Assembly (NCBI GenBank): GCA_043228905.1
Contig: JBHGNT010000006.1
Coordinates: 19,220,001 to 19,284,000 of the forward strand
Direction of reading: 5' to 3'
DNA from: Azolla caroliniana
Taxonomy: Eukaryota; Plantae; Polypodiophyta
Length of the DNA stretch: 64,000 nt
The position numbers were made by a program, and so were the translations under genes. The first letter of the stretch is position 1, and every line of letters starts with the position of its first letter. Below, in pieces: positions 13,001-25,624 of the stretch. The notes under the pieces were generated by a model. That model saw only the letters and a list, made by a program, of their open reading frames with translations, ran no database searches and was not told the DNA's origin.

Positions 13001-14351
13001 GTCTGGATACGCGTTCTCCCTCGGGAGTGCCGCGATTGCGTGGAGCAGTAAGAAGCAGCCGACAATTGCACTGTCGAGCACCAAAGCTGAGTACCGAGGA
13101 GCGGCTGTCGCGACATGCGAAGCCATATGGTTGAAGCGGCTACTTAAGGACCTGCAAGTGGAGGTGTCAGATCCGACGACGATCTACTGCGACAACCTCA
13201 GCAGCATCCAACTCGTGAAGAACCCCATTTTCCACGCACGGACCAAGCACATTGAGGTGCATTACCATTTCGTCCGTGAGCGTGTCCTTTCCGGTGAAGT
13301 CGAACTTCAGTACGTTCCGATGGATCGGCATACTGTCGACATCTTCACCAAGCCTCTTGGTCTGGACAAGTTGCGGCAATTCTCAGGTGCGCTCGAGTTG
13401 CGTCACCTCGACGTGCCGAACTTGAGGGGGAGAACAGTCCCGAACGACCAAGCAAGGCAACAGGAAAGGAGCGAACACCACGACACCGACTTAGTTGACA
13501 AGTTCGACATCGGATCGGCTGAAGAAGCCGAGGGCGGACCCGTGGAAAAGTTCGGAAGCAGACAGAAGGGCAGAAACCGAAGGAGAGAGCCGAAGCTAAC
13601 CACGCATGGGGGAGATGACGCAATCGAGGACGAGAAGACCGAAGACGAGTTGGAGACAACCAACTCGGACGAGAGCGAAAACCGATCGGAGGTAGCCGAG
13701 TCGGTTCGGATGTTTGATTCAGACATGCTGAATCAACTGAGGCCCAAGCGGAAGAAAAGGCAGCAGGAGAAGCGTCAACACCGCAACAGCAGAAGCACCG
13801 CAACAGCAGAAGAGCTGATAAGGGCCGCATGAACAGACAAGCCGACCGGAAGGGTCAAAGCGCGCGGAGTCGAACAGGTCGAGGAGCGTGAGCGAGGCGT
13901 GAAGCCAGGAGGAACCAGAGCTGTGAGCCCGAGGATCCCGAAGAGCCTCAAGTTGAGCTTGAGGGGGAGTGCTGAGAGACAAGCTCAACATCGGCTGGAT
14001 CGGCTGAAGAAGCAGAGGTTCGGATCGATTGGGACCGATCGGTTAGGCCGAGTGCGTAAACCGAGAGGTCGTTAGGAAAGATATTCCGTGAGGAATATAT
14101 TTGGGATTTAGTGTAGGAGCTCTTAATGAGCCTTGAAGTACTGTCAGTACTTCAGTCAGTCCTTCTAGGACTTGTATAAAAGTGTTCACTGAGCACGTCT
14201 TATGTACAGACTGAGTACTATTATTGAATATTTTTGTGTTTCTCTCTCTGTCTCTCCTGTGTATACCGTGTAAGCTCAAGCTCTCCATTAAACCTGAGTT
14301 TCCTCTCATCTGTTCGGTCTTCATACTTGCTTCCGCACGCTACTTTCTACA
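10066..14351 (+). mobile_element. Element B: Ty1/Copia LTR retrotransposon, internally deleted
   Basis: LTRs 10066-10447 and 13970-14351 (382 bp each, about 10 substitutions by eye). TSD GAACC. PBS TGGTATCAGAGC (tRNA-iMet) at 10448. PPT at 13959-13969. Confidence 0.97.
10520..13832 (+). pseudogene. Copia B gag-pol (gag, PR, INT, RT remnant, RNase H, C-terminal extension)
   Basis: CWYCGKKGHRESDC, WYVDSGASNHM, WHKRIGH, CEACQLGK, HSDVWGP, EQNGVAER, YTDADWAG, TKHIEVHYHFVRE. ~1.35-kb deletion at 12704-12707 removes most of RT. Confidence 0.93.
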
Positions 14352-15011
14352 GAACCGGATGAGGAGTACCCGGCTACGGAGAGCCAGATGGTGCAGACCC
14401 GGTGTGAGGAGTACCCGGCTACGGAGAGCCGGATGGTGCAGACCCGGTGAGAACCGGATGAGGAGCATCCGGCTACGGAGAGCCGGATGACGCAGACCCG
14501 ATGAGAACCGGAGGAAGAGACATATTCGTAAATATGTTTCTAAGAGCCCATCGAGGCTATATTTGTAAATAGCCGAAAAGTCATATTAGTATAAATATAA
14601 CTTAGGGCAAATATGTGTATATAGTTGTTGTTGTCATTTTCTTGTTGGTGCAAAAAGAAGAGAGAGCATGTAACAGTGTATAGAGAGAGAGAGAGAGAGA
14701 AAGAGGTCGTTGCCTCTATTGTAACCGCCGCTTGTGGCGAAGATCGTGACTACGAGGTCGTTGCCTCCGTGAACTCACTGCTTTTGTACATTCCAACATA
14801 GTGATAGTTTGCAGCCTGTGGGTTGCCGTGGTTTTTTCCCTCTTTGGGTTTTCCACGTAAACATTATGTGTACCTTTTCTCTCCTTTGTGTCGCGTGCAT
14901 TTGTTTCCCGTTTTTCTGTGTATGATCCTAAGCTCGGTTGTGGCCGAGCGTTGTGCATAAGGAGCCTTCAGTTCCCGTCAAGTGGTATCAGAGCCGAAAC
15001 GACACAGAAAT

Positions 15012-18000
15012 ATGGACGAATCGTTTGGCGGCATGTTCAAGCTCACCGGCTCCAACTATTCGGTATGGAAGTCGAAGATGAGGGACATGCTCGTGGTTAA
15101 AGACCTCTGGTTGCCGGTTCAGTTCGGGGACAAGAGACCGGACAAAATCGACGCTGCGATATGGGAGGTGATGCACATGAAGACAACGACGTACATACGG
15201 TGCTTCATCGACATGAGCCTGTACAACAACTTCAATGAAAACAGCAAGGCTCATGAGCTCTGGGAGAAGATCGGCATAATGTTTCAAAACAAAAATGTTG
15301 TTAATCAGGTTTCGGTATTCCGGAAGCTAGTAAGACTCCGGTACCAAGATGGCTCCAGCATGGCGGAGCATATGAATGCCTTCCAGGGGCTGATACACCA
15401 GGCAACGTCATTGGAAGTACCTCTCTCCGATGAGGTACTAGCGCTACTCTTGCTCGGTTCCCTCCCGGATAGCTGGGAGACGTTGGTTGTCACTTTGGGC
15501 AACGCCGGACCGGAAGGAAAATGGTTATCCCTAGCAAGAGTAAAGTCGAGCTTGCTAGATGAGGAGGCGCGTCGAAAAGATAAAGATACGAGCTCTGACT
15601 CCAAAGCGCTCCTTACCGAATCGGAACGCGGAAGACATAGAAACCGTAGTCCCCAGAACCGGGAGAAGTCGGGGACACGGTCAAAGTCAAGGGGGAGGCC
15701 CACTTGCTTCTATTGCAGCAAGCCGGGTCACTTCCAAAAGAACTGTCGGCATTTCCGTAAGGACAAGGAAACCGACGGTACCCATTCGAAGCGGACCCCG
15801 GACCGGAACGGTAAAGACCGGAAGGGGACGGACCGGAAGGGAACGACGGCAATCGTGGCAAGTGAAGAAGAGTTGATGCTCATCACCGAGGAGAGTGAGA
15901 TAAACCTTGTTGGCGACGAGATGACCTAGGTGGTAGACTCCGGAGCATCGTTCCTCCTTACCCTAGACCGGAAATGCTTCTCATCCTACTCAGCCGGTGA
16001 CCACGGCTGTGTCCGGATGGGGAATGAAGGTACATGCCGAATTGTTGGCATAGGAGACATGTAGCTGTCAACACCAACCGGATGCAAGTTGCTGCTGAAG
16101 GATGTCCGACACGTTTCGGAGGTTCGTCTAAACCTGATATCAGCCGGTCGGCTAGATGATGAAGGCTACACGGGTAGCATCCGGAACGGTGTCATGAAGT
16201 TCCACAAAGGGAGCCTGATTGTGGCTCGGGCCCGGAAGGTCAACACACTATACCTGATGAATGCCCGGTTATGCCCGGAAGAAGTGAACGTGGCATCCGA
16301 CACTGCCGGTGAGCTGTGGCACAAGAGGTTGTGTCATATGAGCGAGAAGGGGATGAAGAGGCTTGCAGACGACAACCTCATTCCAGTAAAGAACGTGCAC
16401 TTAGCAAAGTGTATTAATTGTCTGGCCGATAAGTAGAACCGGACCTCCTTCCGACCAAGGCCACCGTTGAGACGTAATGCACCACTGGAGTTGGTGCATA
16501 CGGATGTGTGTCAAGTAGACACGAAGTCACATGCCGGAGCATAGTACTTCGTGACGTTCATAGATGACCACAGCCGGAAGCTGTGGGCCACACCGTTGAA
16601 GACGAAGGATCAGGTGTTATCCGTCTTCAAAGAGCTCCACGCGAGAGTGGAAAGAGAAACCGGCCGGAAGCTGAAGGCGGTACGAGCAGACAACAGAGGA
16701 GAATACCGGGGGCAGTTCGAGGAGTACTGCCGCTCGAAGGGAATCCGGCTCGAATTTGTCGTGCCGAAGACGCTGGAACTAAACGGACTGGCCGAGAGGA
16801 TGAACCGGACCATAATGGAGAGGGTCCGGAGTATGCTAGCGCATGCAAAACTACCCAAGAAGTTTTTGGCTGAGGCATTGTCGACGGCGACATACGTGAT
16901 AAACAGATCACCCTCAGTACCCTTGGACGGAGACACGCCACAGAGAGTATGGACCGGTAAGGAAGTGTCCTACCGACATCTGAAGGTGTTCGGGTGTCTC
17001 GTGTACGTGCATGTAGCAAAGGACTGGAGAGGAAAGTTAGACCCAAAGACCCGGCCATGCATATTCCTCGGTTACGGTGACGATGAGTTCGGCTACCGAG
17101 TGTGGGACTTGGTCGACAAGAAGGTATTCCGGAGTCGAGATATTATCTTCATGGAGGACAAGACGCTCGCCGACTGGGAGTCGGAGAAGAAGATAATGAA
17201 CTCCAAGTCGACCGGTAAGGATCGACTCTACGATGAGCAGACCCAACCGGCGAGAGACCGGTTAGCACTCGAAGAACCAGCCGGATACGGTGAGGATACC
17301 GAACCGGCAGAAGAAGAAGTAGAGGAAGCTGAGACCGGAACCGGCCTAGACCCCGAATCGGATTCGGATGAAGAGCAAATGGAGGAGCCGGCTACCAAAG
17401 CCCAAAGACAGAGATATCCTCTTAGAGAGAGAAGGGCTCCCCGGAGATTTCCGGATGCAGAGCATGTTCTGCTGACCGATGAGGGGGAGCCGGAAAGCTT
17501 CAAAGAAGCGAAGGATGACACCCACAGCCGAAAATGGTTAAGTGCCATGCAGGACGAGATGGATTCCCTGCATGAGAACCATACGTACGAATTGGTGGAG
17601 TTGCCGAAAGGAAAGCGGGCACTCCGAAACAAGTGGGTGTACAAGTTGAAACCGGGAGATGCCGGAAACCCCCCGAGATACAAAGCCAGGATCGTGGTGA
17701 AGGGGTTCCAGCAGAAGAAGGGCGTGGACTTCGACGAGATATTTGCCTCGGTGGTAAAGATGACCTCCATCCGGACGGTGCTGAGTATAGCGGCAAGCAT
17801 GGACCTTGAGGTAGAGTAGCTGGACGTGAAGACGACATTCCTGCACAGTGACCTCGAAGAGGAGATCTACATGCAGCAATCGGAAGGATTTGTGGAGAAA
17901 GGGAAGGAGCACCTGGTATGCCGGCTAAAGAAGAGCCTGTACGGACTGAAGCAGGCTCCCCGACAATGGTACCGGAAGTTTGATTCCTTCATGACCGATC

Positions 18001-19058
18001 AAGGGTACCACAAGACGCAGGCCGATCACTGCGTGTTTGTGAAGAAGTACGAAGGAGGCGACTTCTTGATACTCCTCCTGTACGTGGATGACATGTTGAT
18101 CGTCGGACGTGACCAAGTCAAAATACAGATGCTGAAGAAGGCTCTCAACCGGACCTTCTCAATGAAAGACTTGGGTCCGGCAAGACAGATGTTGGGGATG
18201 CATATCATTCGGGACCGGTCAAAGAAGCAATTATGGTTGTCACAGGAGAAGTGCGTGACAAAGGTGCTTCACCGGTTCAACATGTCATAAGCAAAACCGG
18301 TCGGATCGACACTTCCGGCAAACTGCAAGCTATCCGGTAAGCAAAGCCCGAAGACAAAAGCAGAGAAGGCGGATATGATGAAGATTCCATATGCCTCTAC
18401 CGTCGGGAGCTTGATGTACGCAATGGTTTGTACCCGACCGGACATAGGATACGCAGTCGGAGTGGTGAGCCGGTTTATGAGCAATCCCAGCAAGGAGCAT
18501 TGGAACGCGGTCAAATGGATACTCCGGTATTTGAAGGGCACTTCAAATATGTGTCTCCGATTCGGCTTCGGAAAACCTCAACTGGACGGTTTCACCGATT
18601 CGGACATGTCGGCTGATGTGGATACCAGCCGGTCTACATCCGGGTATGTAATGACATATGCAGGGGGAGCTGTTTCGTGGCAGTCGAGGCTGCAAAAGAC
18701 GGTTGCATTGTCGACCACAGAGGCGGAGTACATGGCGGCTGTGGAAGCCGGTAAGGAAATATTATGGATGAAGGACTTCATCGGAGAGCTCGGTATCCGG
18801 CAAGAGGAATACCGACTCTATTGCGACAGTCAAAGTGTCATCCACCTTGCTAAGAATGCGGCCTACCATTCTCGGACGAAGCACATCTAGCGAAGATATC
18901 ACTGGATCCGGGAAAGAGTACATGACCAGGAGTTCGCGTTGACGAAGATCCATACGGCCGAGAACGGGTCAGATATGCTGACCAAAGTTCTGATACCCTA
19001 CAAGCTGGATGCATGCCGGAAGCAGATTGGACTGATAAGACACCCCATGCCGGAGTGA
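15012..19058 (+). pseudogene. Copia C full-length gag-pol, single frame interrupted only by nonsense codons
   Basis: ORF pieces 14982, 16089, 16551, 17826 and 18375 share one frame. CFYCSKPGHFQKNC, VVDSGASF, WHKRLCH, NGLAERMNRT, YVDDML, FTDSDMSAD, HSRTKHI. Confidence 0.95.
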
Positions 19059-19140
19059 AGGGGGAGTTTGTTGGGAGACAGGTCTCTCCGGATGGGAAGG
19101 GAGAAGAACAATGCCGACGAACAATCTCGGCCGAGGCCGG

Positions 19141-19400
19141 AACCGGATGAGGAGTACCCGGCTACGGAGAGCCGGATGGTGCAGACCCGGTGTGAACCGG
19201 ATGAGGAGTACCCGGCTACGGAGAGCTAGATGGTGCAGACTCGGTGTGAGGAGTACCCGGCTACGGAGAGCCGGATGGTGCAGACCCGGTGTGAGGAGTA
19301 CTCGGCTACGGAGAGCCGGATGGTGCAGACCCGGTGAGAACCGGATGAGGAGCACTCGGCTACGGAGAGCCGGATGACGCAAACCCGGTGAGAACCGGAG
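19141..19400 (+). repeat. Tandem 45/54-bp repeat in U3 of the element C LTR (5 units; 3 units remain in the 5' LTR at 14360-14510)
   Basis: Unit GAGGAGTACCCGGCTACGGAGAGCCGGATGGTGCAGACCCGGTGT, with or without a GAACCGGAT spacer. Confidence 0.95.
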
Positions 19401-20297
19401 GAAGAGACATATTCGTAAATATGTTTCTGAGAGCCCATCGAGGCTATATTTGTAAATAGCTGAAAAGTCATATTAGTATAAATATAACTTAGGGCAAATA
19501 TGTGTATATAGTTGTTGTTGTCATTTTCTTGTTGGTGCAAAAGGACGAGAGAGCACGTAACAGTGTATAGAGAGAGAGAGAGAGAGAAAGAGGTCGTTGC
19601 CTCTATTGTAACCGCCGCCTGTGGCGAAGATCGTGACTACGAGGTCGTTGCCTCCGTGAACTCACTGCTTTTGTACATTCCAACATAGTGATAGTTTGCA
19701 GCCTATGGGCTGCCGTGGTTTTTTCCCTCTTTGGGTTTTCCACGTAAACATTCTGTGTACCTTTTCTCTCCTTTGTGTCGCGTGCATTTGTTTCCCGTTT
19801 TTCTGTGTATGATCCTAAGCTCGGTTGTGGCCGAGCGTTGTGCATAAGGAGCCTTCAGTTCCCGTCATCAGTCAGATGCGCTCCCTCTTGTTCGAACATG
19901 GTTTTTTTCTACCAGGAGCATCGACTGGAGATCAAAGAAGGAGGGAGGATTCTCCCTTGCGAGGACAACCGATCGTATTGCGTTGAACTGTAGTGCTAAA
20001 CCATCAAGGCATATTCGCACCATTTTGTCGTCGTCAATGTTGACTTTGATCGACTCAAGGGAAACACACAACTGCTTGATCTTCGAGGTGTAGCTACCAA
20101 TGTACATATCTCTCTGTTGAATGTTGTTCAAGTCCTATCGAAGTTGAAGCTTTCGTGTGGTTGTGTTTGCCATGACTATCTTTTTGAGGTTCCCCCACAC
20201 CTCTTTTGGCGTTTTGGCCTCTTGGATATAGCCGAGCATGTGATCATGGACGCATGATGCAAGGCAATACAACACCCAACTTGTTGCTTGCTCCCAA

Positions 20298-21803
20298 GGC
20301 ATATGTTTGAAGAAAGTCCAATCTTGACCAGGCTTAGTGGGCCACAAGAGCCCCCAAGAGACCAGAGCACATCTCGGCCAAGTCCAAAGCTGGACAAAGG
20401 GAAGGCCAAAATGCCAGAGTATGAAGATGATCAATATGACGGCAATGAATTGGCTCATTCACTCGACAGTGAATGTGGTGGATTTGATGTACCTATAATG
20501 AGGACACATGGAGTGAAGAAAGCTATTGCCATGGCAAACGAAAAGCTGCGTCTCTCCACCTGAGAGAAGAATCCAGTTAGCCAATTTGGCTATAATGACT
20601 ATATGGCATATCACTATGCATTTATTATAAAGGTGGCGACAATTTGTGAACCGAAAAAAATTTCCCGAGGTAGCCAAGGATCCACGATGGGTCAAAGTAA
20701 TGAATGAGGAGTTGTGAGCACTATGCACTCACTACAAAAAAAGGTGATTGGTTGCAGATGGACTTACAAAATGAATTGTACTACTTGCAGCTCCATCAAC
20801 CACTACAAAGCTCGACTATCCATCATCCATCCGAAAGCAGATTGCCAACTAAAGAAGCCACTCTATGGCCTTAAGCAAGCACCACGTGCTTGGCATTCGA
20901 AGATAACACAATATCTTCATCAAATCGGCTTCAGAATGTCCAAATCCGACAACTCTCTCTATGTTAGAAGCGATTCTAGAAGCTTGATTATCATCATCCT
21001 ATATGTGGATGCTCTGGTGATTGGAGGGAAAATCTAGTCGACATCAACAAGGTCAAGTCCCTCCGCAACCCCTCTCGATCGAAACCTCAAACTGGATGCC
21101 AACTCCGGCATTGCAGAGTGTGAGCCAACCCACTATTGACAACTCATTGGTACTCTTATCTACCTCACGATCACTCATCTCGACCTCAGCCATCCGATCG
21201 GTCTCCTTAGTCAATTCATGCAAACTGCACGAGATATTCATTTGGATTGTGCTAAGAGTGTGTTACAATACGTATCGATATGTTCTCTACAAGTCGGCCA
21301 CACCAATTCGACTCGAAGGATATACATATGCCGATTCGGCAGGCTACAGATCCGACCGACGATCTACATCATGATTCATCTTCTCTCTAGGAAGTGGAGC
21401 CATCTCTTGGAGTAGCAAGAAGCAGCCAAGTGTCGCACTTTCGAACATAGAGACTGAATATGGGGGCGCGGTTGTAGTTGCATGTGAAGTCGTTTGACTG
21501 AAGAGAATCTTGAAGGATCTAGGCATTCCCATCAAGGATTTGATTCCCCTTTACTACGACAACATGAGCAATATTCATCTGGCTTGGAACCCGGTGTTCC
21601 ACACTCACACGAAGCATATAGAAGTGCACTATCTCTTCATTTGAGAGCGTGTTTAGGCTGGAAATGTCGACCTTAAACACATCAACACAAATCTTCAGAC
21701 AACCGACATCTTCACCAAAGCCCTAGGAGCTAACAAGCTTCGGCAATTCATGTCAGACCTTGGATCAATTGACAATCCCTAACTTGCCAAGCTTGAGGGG
21801 GAG
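20298..21803 (+). pseudogene. Copia A RT-RNase H (degenerate, with deletions)
   Basis: IGCRWTYK, LKKPLYGLKQAPRAW, ILYVDALVI, YTYADSAG..SDRRSTS, TKHIEVHY, DIFTKALG. Confidence 0.9.
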
Positions 21804-21895
21804 TACATGAGAGAACTAGATATCGTCCAAACCAGATACTAGCCGAAGCGGACATTAACCGAAAGAAGCTGACCCAAGTTGAGCTTGAGGGGGCG

Positions 21896-22343
21896 TATTG
21901 AGAATCAAGCTCAACCTAGTCTAGTGTGTGAACACGCCTTTTGAGAATGTATGAGCATTCAAAGGTCAAAAGTCACTACTACTTTCTACACATTAACTAT
22001 GTGTCATAGAATCATATTCTATGACACATAACTAATGAGTTCCATATTCCCCATGACTAATGAGTCTCCACATTCCCCAAGGTTCTAGAGAGAGAGTGGG
22101 TGTTTTAGTGAGTCAATGAAGAGAGAGGTTGACCATATATAAAGCACCCTCCTACTTTATATGTGTATGTTATTCTCCTTGTAATGTTACCTTTGTACTT
22201 GATATTCTCCTTGTTAATATACATCTGCTTGAGTACTTCATTTCTCTTATCTATATTGTGTTTCTCTCCTCACCTCTCCTCTTTTCACACACACTAACAC
22301 ACATCTCTTCTGCTGCATAGAATCACTCACTTGATTCTTTATA
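21896..22343 (+). repeat. 3' LTR of Copia A
   Basis: Follows the PPT, matches 1515-1600 and has a TATA-like tatataaag at ~22136. Confidence 0.85.
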
Positions 22344-25300
22344 GTTTCAAATCCATTTCTTAGACTTAATTACATATCTCCTATTTTCCAAATGTTTTGA
22401 TACCGTTCCATATTTATGGATTGATTACTAGACATATTTCCTTCCATGCACCAAGGATATAGACAATAATGAAACAAAAACAAACAAAATATGACATCGA
22501 AGCAAAAATTCCATTATGACCTACAAGATGATGAAGTTGACTTCTTGCATTTTGCAAAGTTTGCATACAATATTTCGCTACATCCTTGATAGAGTTTGCT
22601 TGAGCATCCAAACATATCTAGGAATCCCATTGTTGAGGATCATATTATAGTTAAACTCCAAGATATTCAAGTCAAAATTTCTCATCATTTACCCAATGTG
22701 CATGAATCACATACATTGGTTGTGGATCATCATTCCTTTCATTCCTCCCCAAAGATACTTAGTTTCAAGTTGGGAATTATCCATGGTTGTGATGTAATGT
22801 AAAGACAATATGACCACATGACAAGTAAGGTTGTGAAGGACTTGGTCCATTCATGATCTCTTCCCAAATTAATGACATTAAATTTAGTCAAGATCTCCCT
22901 TACCATATCTAGTGTTCTATGTGTAACTTTCGAAGCATTATACTTCCAATTCTATTCCAAATTGTGAAGTGCATCCCTCATGGGAGCTTGTAGAATATTG
23001 TTAATGCTCCAACTCTCATCATTAAGAGAGGAGGATGGTGTTATGCTTATAAAAGATGGCATATGTCAACTGAAGGAATGAAGGAATTGAACCATGACCA
23101 CCTTGATGCATGCACTAGAGTTTAGCATATATGCACACATGATAATTGTTGTTGCATTATGCATGGTAGCCAAATGGCAAACATGCAACTAAGTGACATA
23201 TATGCATTAACACTTGGCGGAGAGCATGTGTGAAGCTAGGAGTATCGGATATAGGAAGGTCCAATATCGTAAAGCCATTGTAGCTCAATGTCAATCTTCA
23301 GCTAATGCATTCTAACCTACTCTTATATTTTGTATTTCTTGTGTACAAATAAAGATCCACTTTTTAATTTTCCAACTTAGTGTTGTTTTGGCGTCGACCT
23401 TGACACAATAAAAGTGTTTTCATCACTATCTTTTTAGTGAGAGGCAATGCATAACAATACACATGTGTCTTTCATTGCATGGAAAACCCTTTTCCTATTA
23501 TGAAATTGCATTAAGAGATTATGAGATTGCATTGGGATGCTTGGTGTAATGTTCTTCATTAGAGTAAGGACCACACCATTTCAAAAACCCAACAACTATT
23601 ATGAAATAATAGCTCCTAGACAAGATCGTGGTGAGTCATCTTATGTGGTAAAGAAGAAGTGTAGTGAGAGACTTAAAATGGCATGAAGTTCATATCATGG
23701 AATGCATCTTATCAAGCATAGAATGATGAAATGATGCTCGTGGAAGTTTGAACCAACATTGATTTTGAAAATTAAACCAAGACATTCTGCCGACAATATG
23801 TTGCAATTCTCTACCTTGAACGTGGAATAGAATAAAGGCATATAATGTGGATACCTTCTTATTCCAAAATTTGAACCACTTTCTTATATTTGAGCCAAAG
23901 GAGCTTGAGATCATTTTTTTATGAGACAACAATTATTTTGAAGGTTCAACATTATTACATCTTGTTCAAGGACCACCAAAATCATAGATAACATCTCCAA
24001 CGTTCAATCATGACATTTAACTCATTTTAACACATCACTAGGTGAAATCAACATCATTGCAATACTAATAAAGACATTTAATGGCCCTTCTATGATATTT
24101 TAATAAGATAGCACATAGACTATGGAAAATCATCAGGCAACTAGTTAAATTGTGTCTACCTAAAGTCAATCATACATATTTAACAATAGGCACAATTTTG
24201 GTATGGTACCTTTTCCCATTATATGACAAAGGTTATACAATGCACTCATTGGACCTTCACTATAGTTCTGCCTTACAACAATGGTGCAAAGCTTATAACA
24301 CTTGATTTCATATTTGAGTGTCTGTTTTGAATTCCATACACTAATATCCATGACAATACTCACATGCCCAACCCCATATCCTGTACTCTTTTTAAGGCCA
24401 CTACTTTTCAATTTGCATTAGACAATGTGATAATAACCTCATTTGATGTTTCGAATGATCATGTTATTGGGTTCATGCTCTCCACTCTTTTATTATCACC
24501 ATTAAAACAAGCTTTACCTGTATACAAGAAGGGATATACAAAAAGGGAGTTTTCTGCACGATTGGTGTTACAATAAAGGGATTTTGGGTGACTAGTACAA
24601 TAACCTATACAAAGTGAACTAATCAAGAAAGCTATCAAAACATAACAACGTTTTTATCCAGAGGGCATTGGTATTTAGTATGGGAGCAAACGATGAATCC
24701 CATTCAAATAGAGCCATCTTTGAAATAACAGGAGACAACTTTAACAATATGAAGAAACAAAGTTCAATTAGAATCATGGCACTATATTCTATTTATTGGT
24801 TTATTTCTTTAGAAATGTCTGTAGGGCATCGTCATCATCATTCAATCCATCAAACAATTAAAGAGAAGTCCTATAGAAATAAGTCCAAGAACACAAAAAA
24901 TCAGAGGATTAATGGTCGTATAGTACGAATGAGACTTCATTTCATACTTGATAAACTTGCAAAGGTTGTAGTGGGTTTTTATCACTGAGGCATCAATTAT
25001 GTAATGATAGTGTTGGGTAATGGAACAACAGCCACAATCAGGTTCTGTTCTCTGAAAATCAGGAATCTACATTACATGTAGAGTAGCCTGGCCATTACTC
25101 CCTGCCAGATATGGATCACCAACACACTCCTTCAAAGGTGAATCATCTAGCCAAACATGTTTTCACTTAAAATTCTTGACCACTGAACCTCATCTAGGTT
25201 CAAAATTACTTTTCAGTTTGATTAAGCAATATTGACCTCCTGAAATCTCATATGTTTTTTGCTGATCATGAGTAACATACATGTTGCACCTGTCAATTTC

Positions 25301-25463
25301 CACATTAAGAAGTATGGCCACCTCTAAAGAAAGGAAACCATGCCTCCAGGATGATAAGAAGATTGTGTCAACAAAAAAATGGCTGGTGACCGGCCAGGCA
25401 GTAAGGATATTTGATGCTGTGTCCTTAATATACGCTCAGGAAAAAATTAGCAACCCATAAGAG

Positions 25464-25624
25464 TCAAAATGTACCATTTCTTGCTCTAACAAGATGAAGA
25501 GTGCTCAACATACATCCCGCAGCTGATAATTTCGCTGCCTTTGCAGTATCACTTAGTTCTCCAGTTTCTGTCAGCTCAAATACTTCATTCTTTATTTTCA
25601 CCTTGCCAGTGTATTTTATCTCCC
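25464..25624 (-). CDS. Host gene exon 10 (…YTGKVKIK…AKAAKLSAAGCML…stop)
   Basis: attcag|GGGAG ... TTT TGA at 25466-25464. Confidence 0.85.

Larger units (their letters stand above)
10058..19867 (+). mobile_element. Element C: Tork/Tnt1-like Ty1/Copia retrotransposon; 5' LTR truncated and interrupted by B
   Basis: 5' LTR remnant 10058-10065 plus 14352-14980. PBS TGGTATCAGAGCC at 14983. PPT GAAGGGGGAG at ~19057-19066. 3' LTR 19069-19867. No TSD because the left junction is deleted. Confidence 0.93.
9381..20298 (-). pseudogene. Inverted Copia gag-protease segment (A/B-like family), split by elements C and B (pieces 9381-10057 and 19868-20298)
   Basis: Minus strand: PWEQATSWVLYCL...RKLQLR, ENPPSFFDLQSMLLVE (19868-20298); ECGYYGNFGHYE, DVWFVDSGVSNHM, GCFIEKEG..MFILDS (9381-10057). 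Contains a 74-bp tandem duplication at 9581-9728. Confidence 0.85.
1515..22343 (+). mobile_element. Element A: rearranged Ty1/Copia LTR retrotransposon carrying nested insertions
   Basis: The 5' LTR remnant 1515-~1600 (tgttgagaatcaagctcaacctagtc...) matches the 3' LTR 21896-22343. PPT at 21885-21895. Near-TSD gtttt (1510-1514) / gtttc (22344-22348). A deletion joins the 5' LTR remnant directly to gag. Confidence 0.8.
790..23407 (+). mobile_element. Element O: old, heavily decayed Tcn1-like Ty3/Gypsy retrotransposon, outermost layer of the left nest
   Basis: Diverged LTR-like copies at ~790-1180 and 23038-23407 (aatatcgta..cc.tt.tggttcaa.gtc; acct.ctctt.tatt...taaaga...ttgtt.t.gcgtc). Purine tract upstream of 23038. 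Decayed integrase at ~22350-22960 (SISLDLIT...FLPCTKDI; GPFMISSQINDIKF..DLP) parallels the integrase of element E. The left boundary is approximate and the LTR pairing is uncertain. Confidence 0.5.

Noticed and set aside
19141-19400. Regular repeats resembling a CRISPR array
   Set aside because: Units are contiguous with no unique spacers, lie within Copia LTRs, and the DNA is eukaryotic with no cas genes.
23410-25400. Short ORFs (23690, 24166, 24364, 24668) as a second gene or TE protein
   Set aside because: No recognisable motif or consistent exon chain; likely 3' flank plus very old TE debris.
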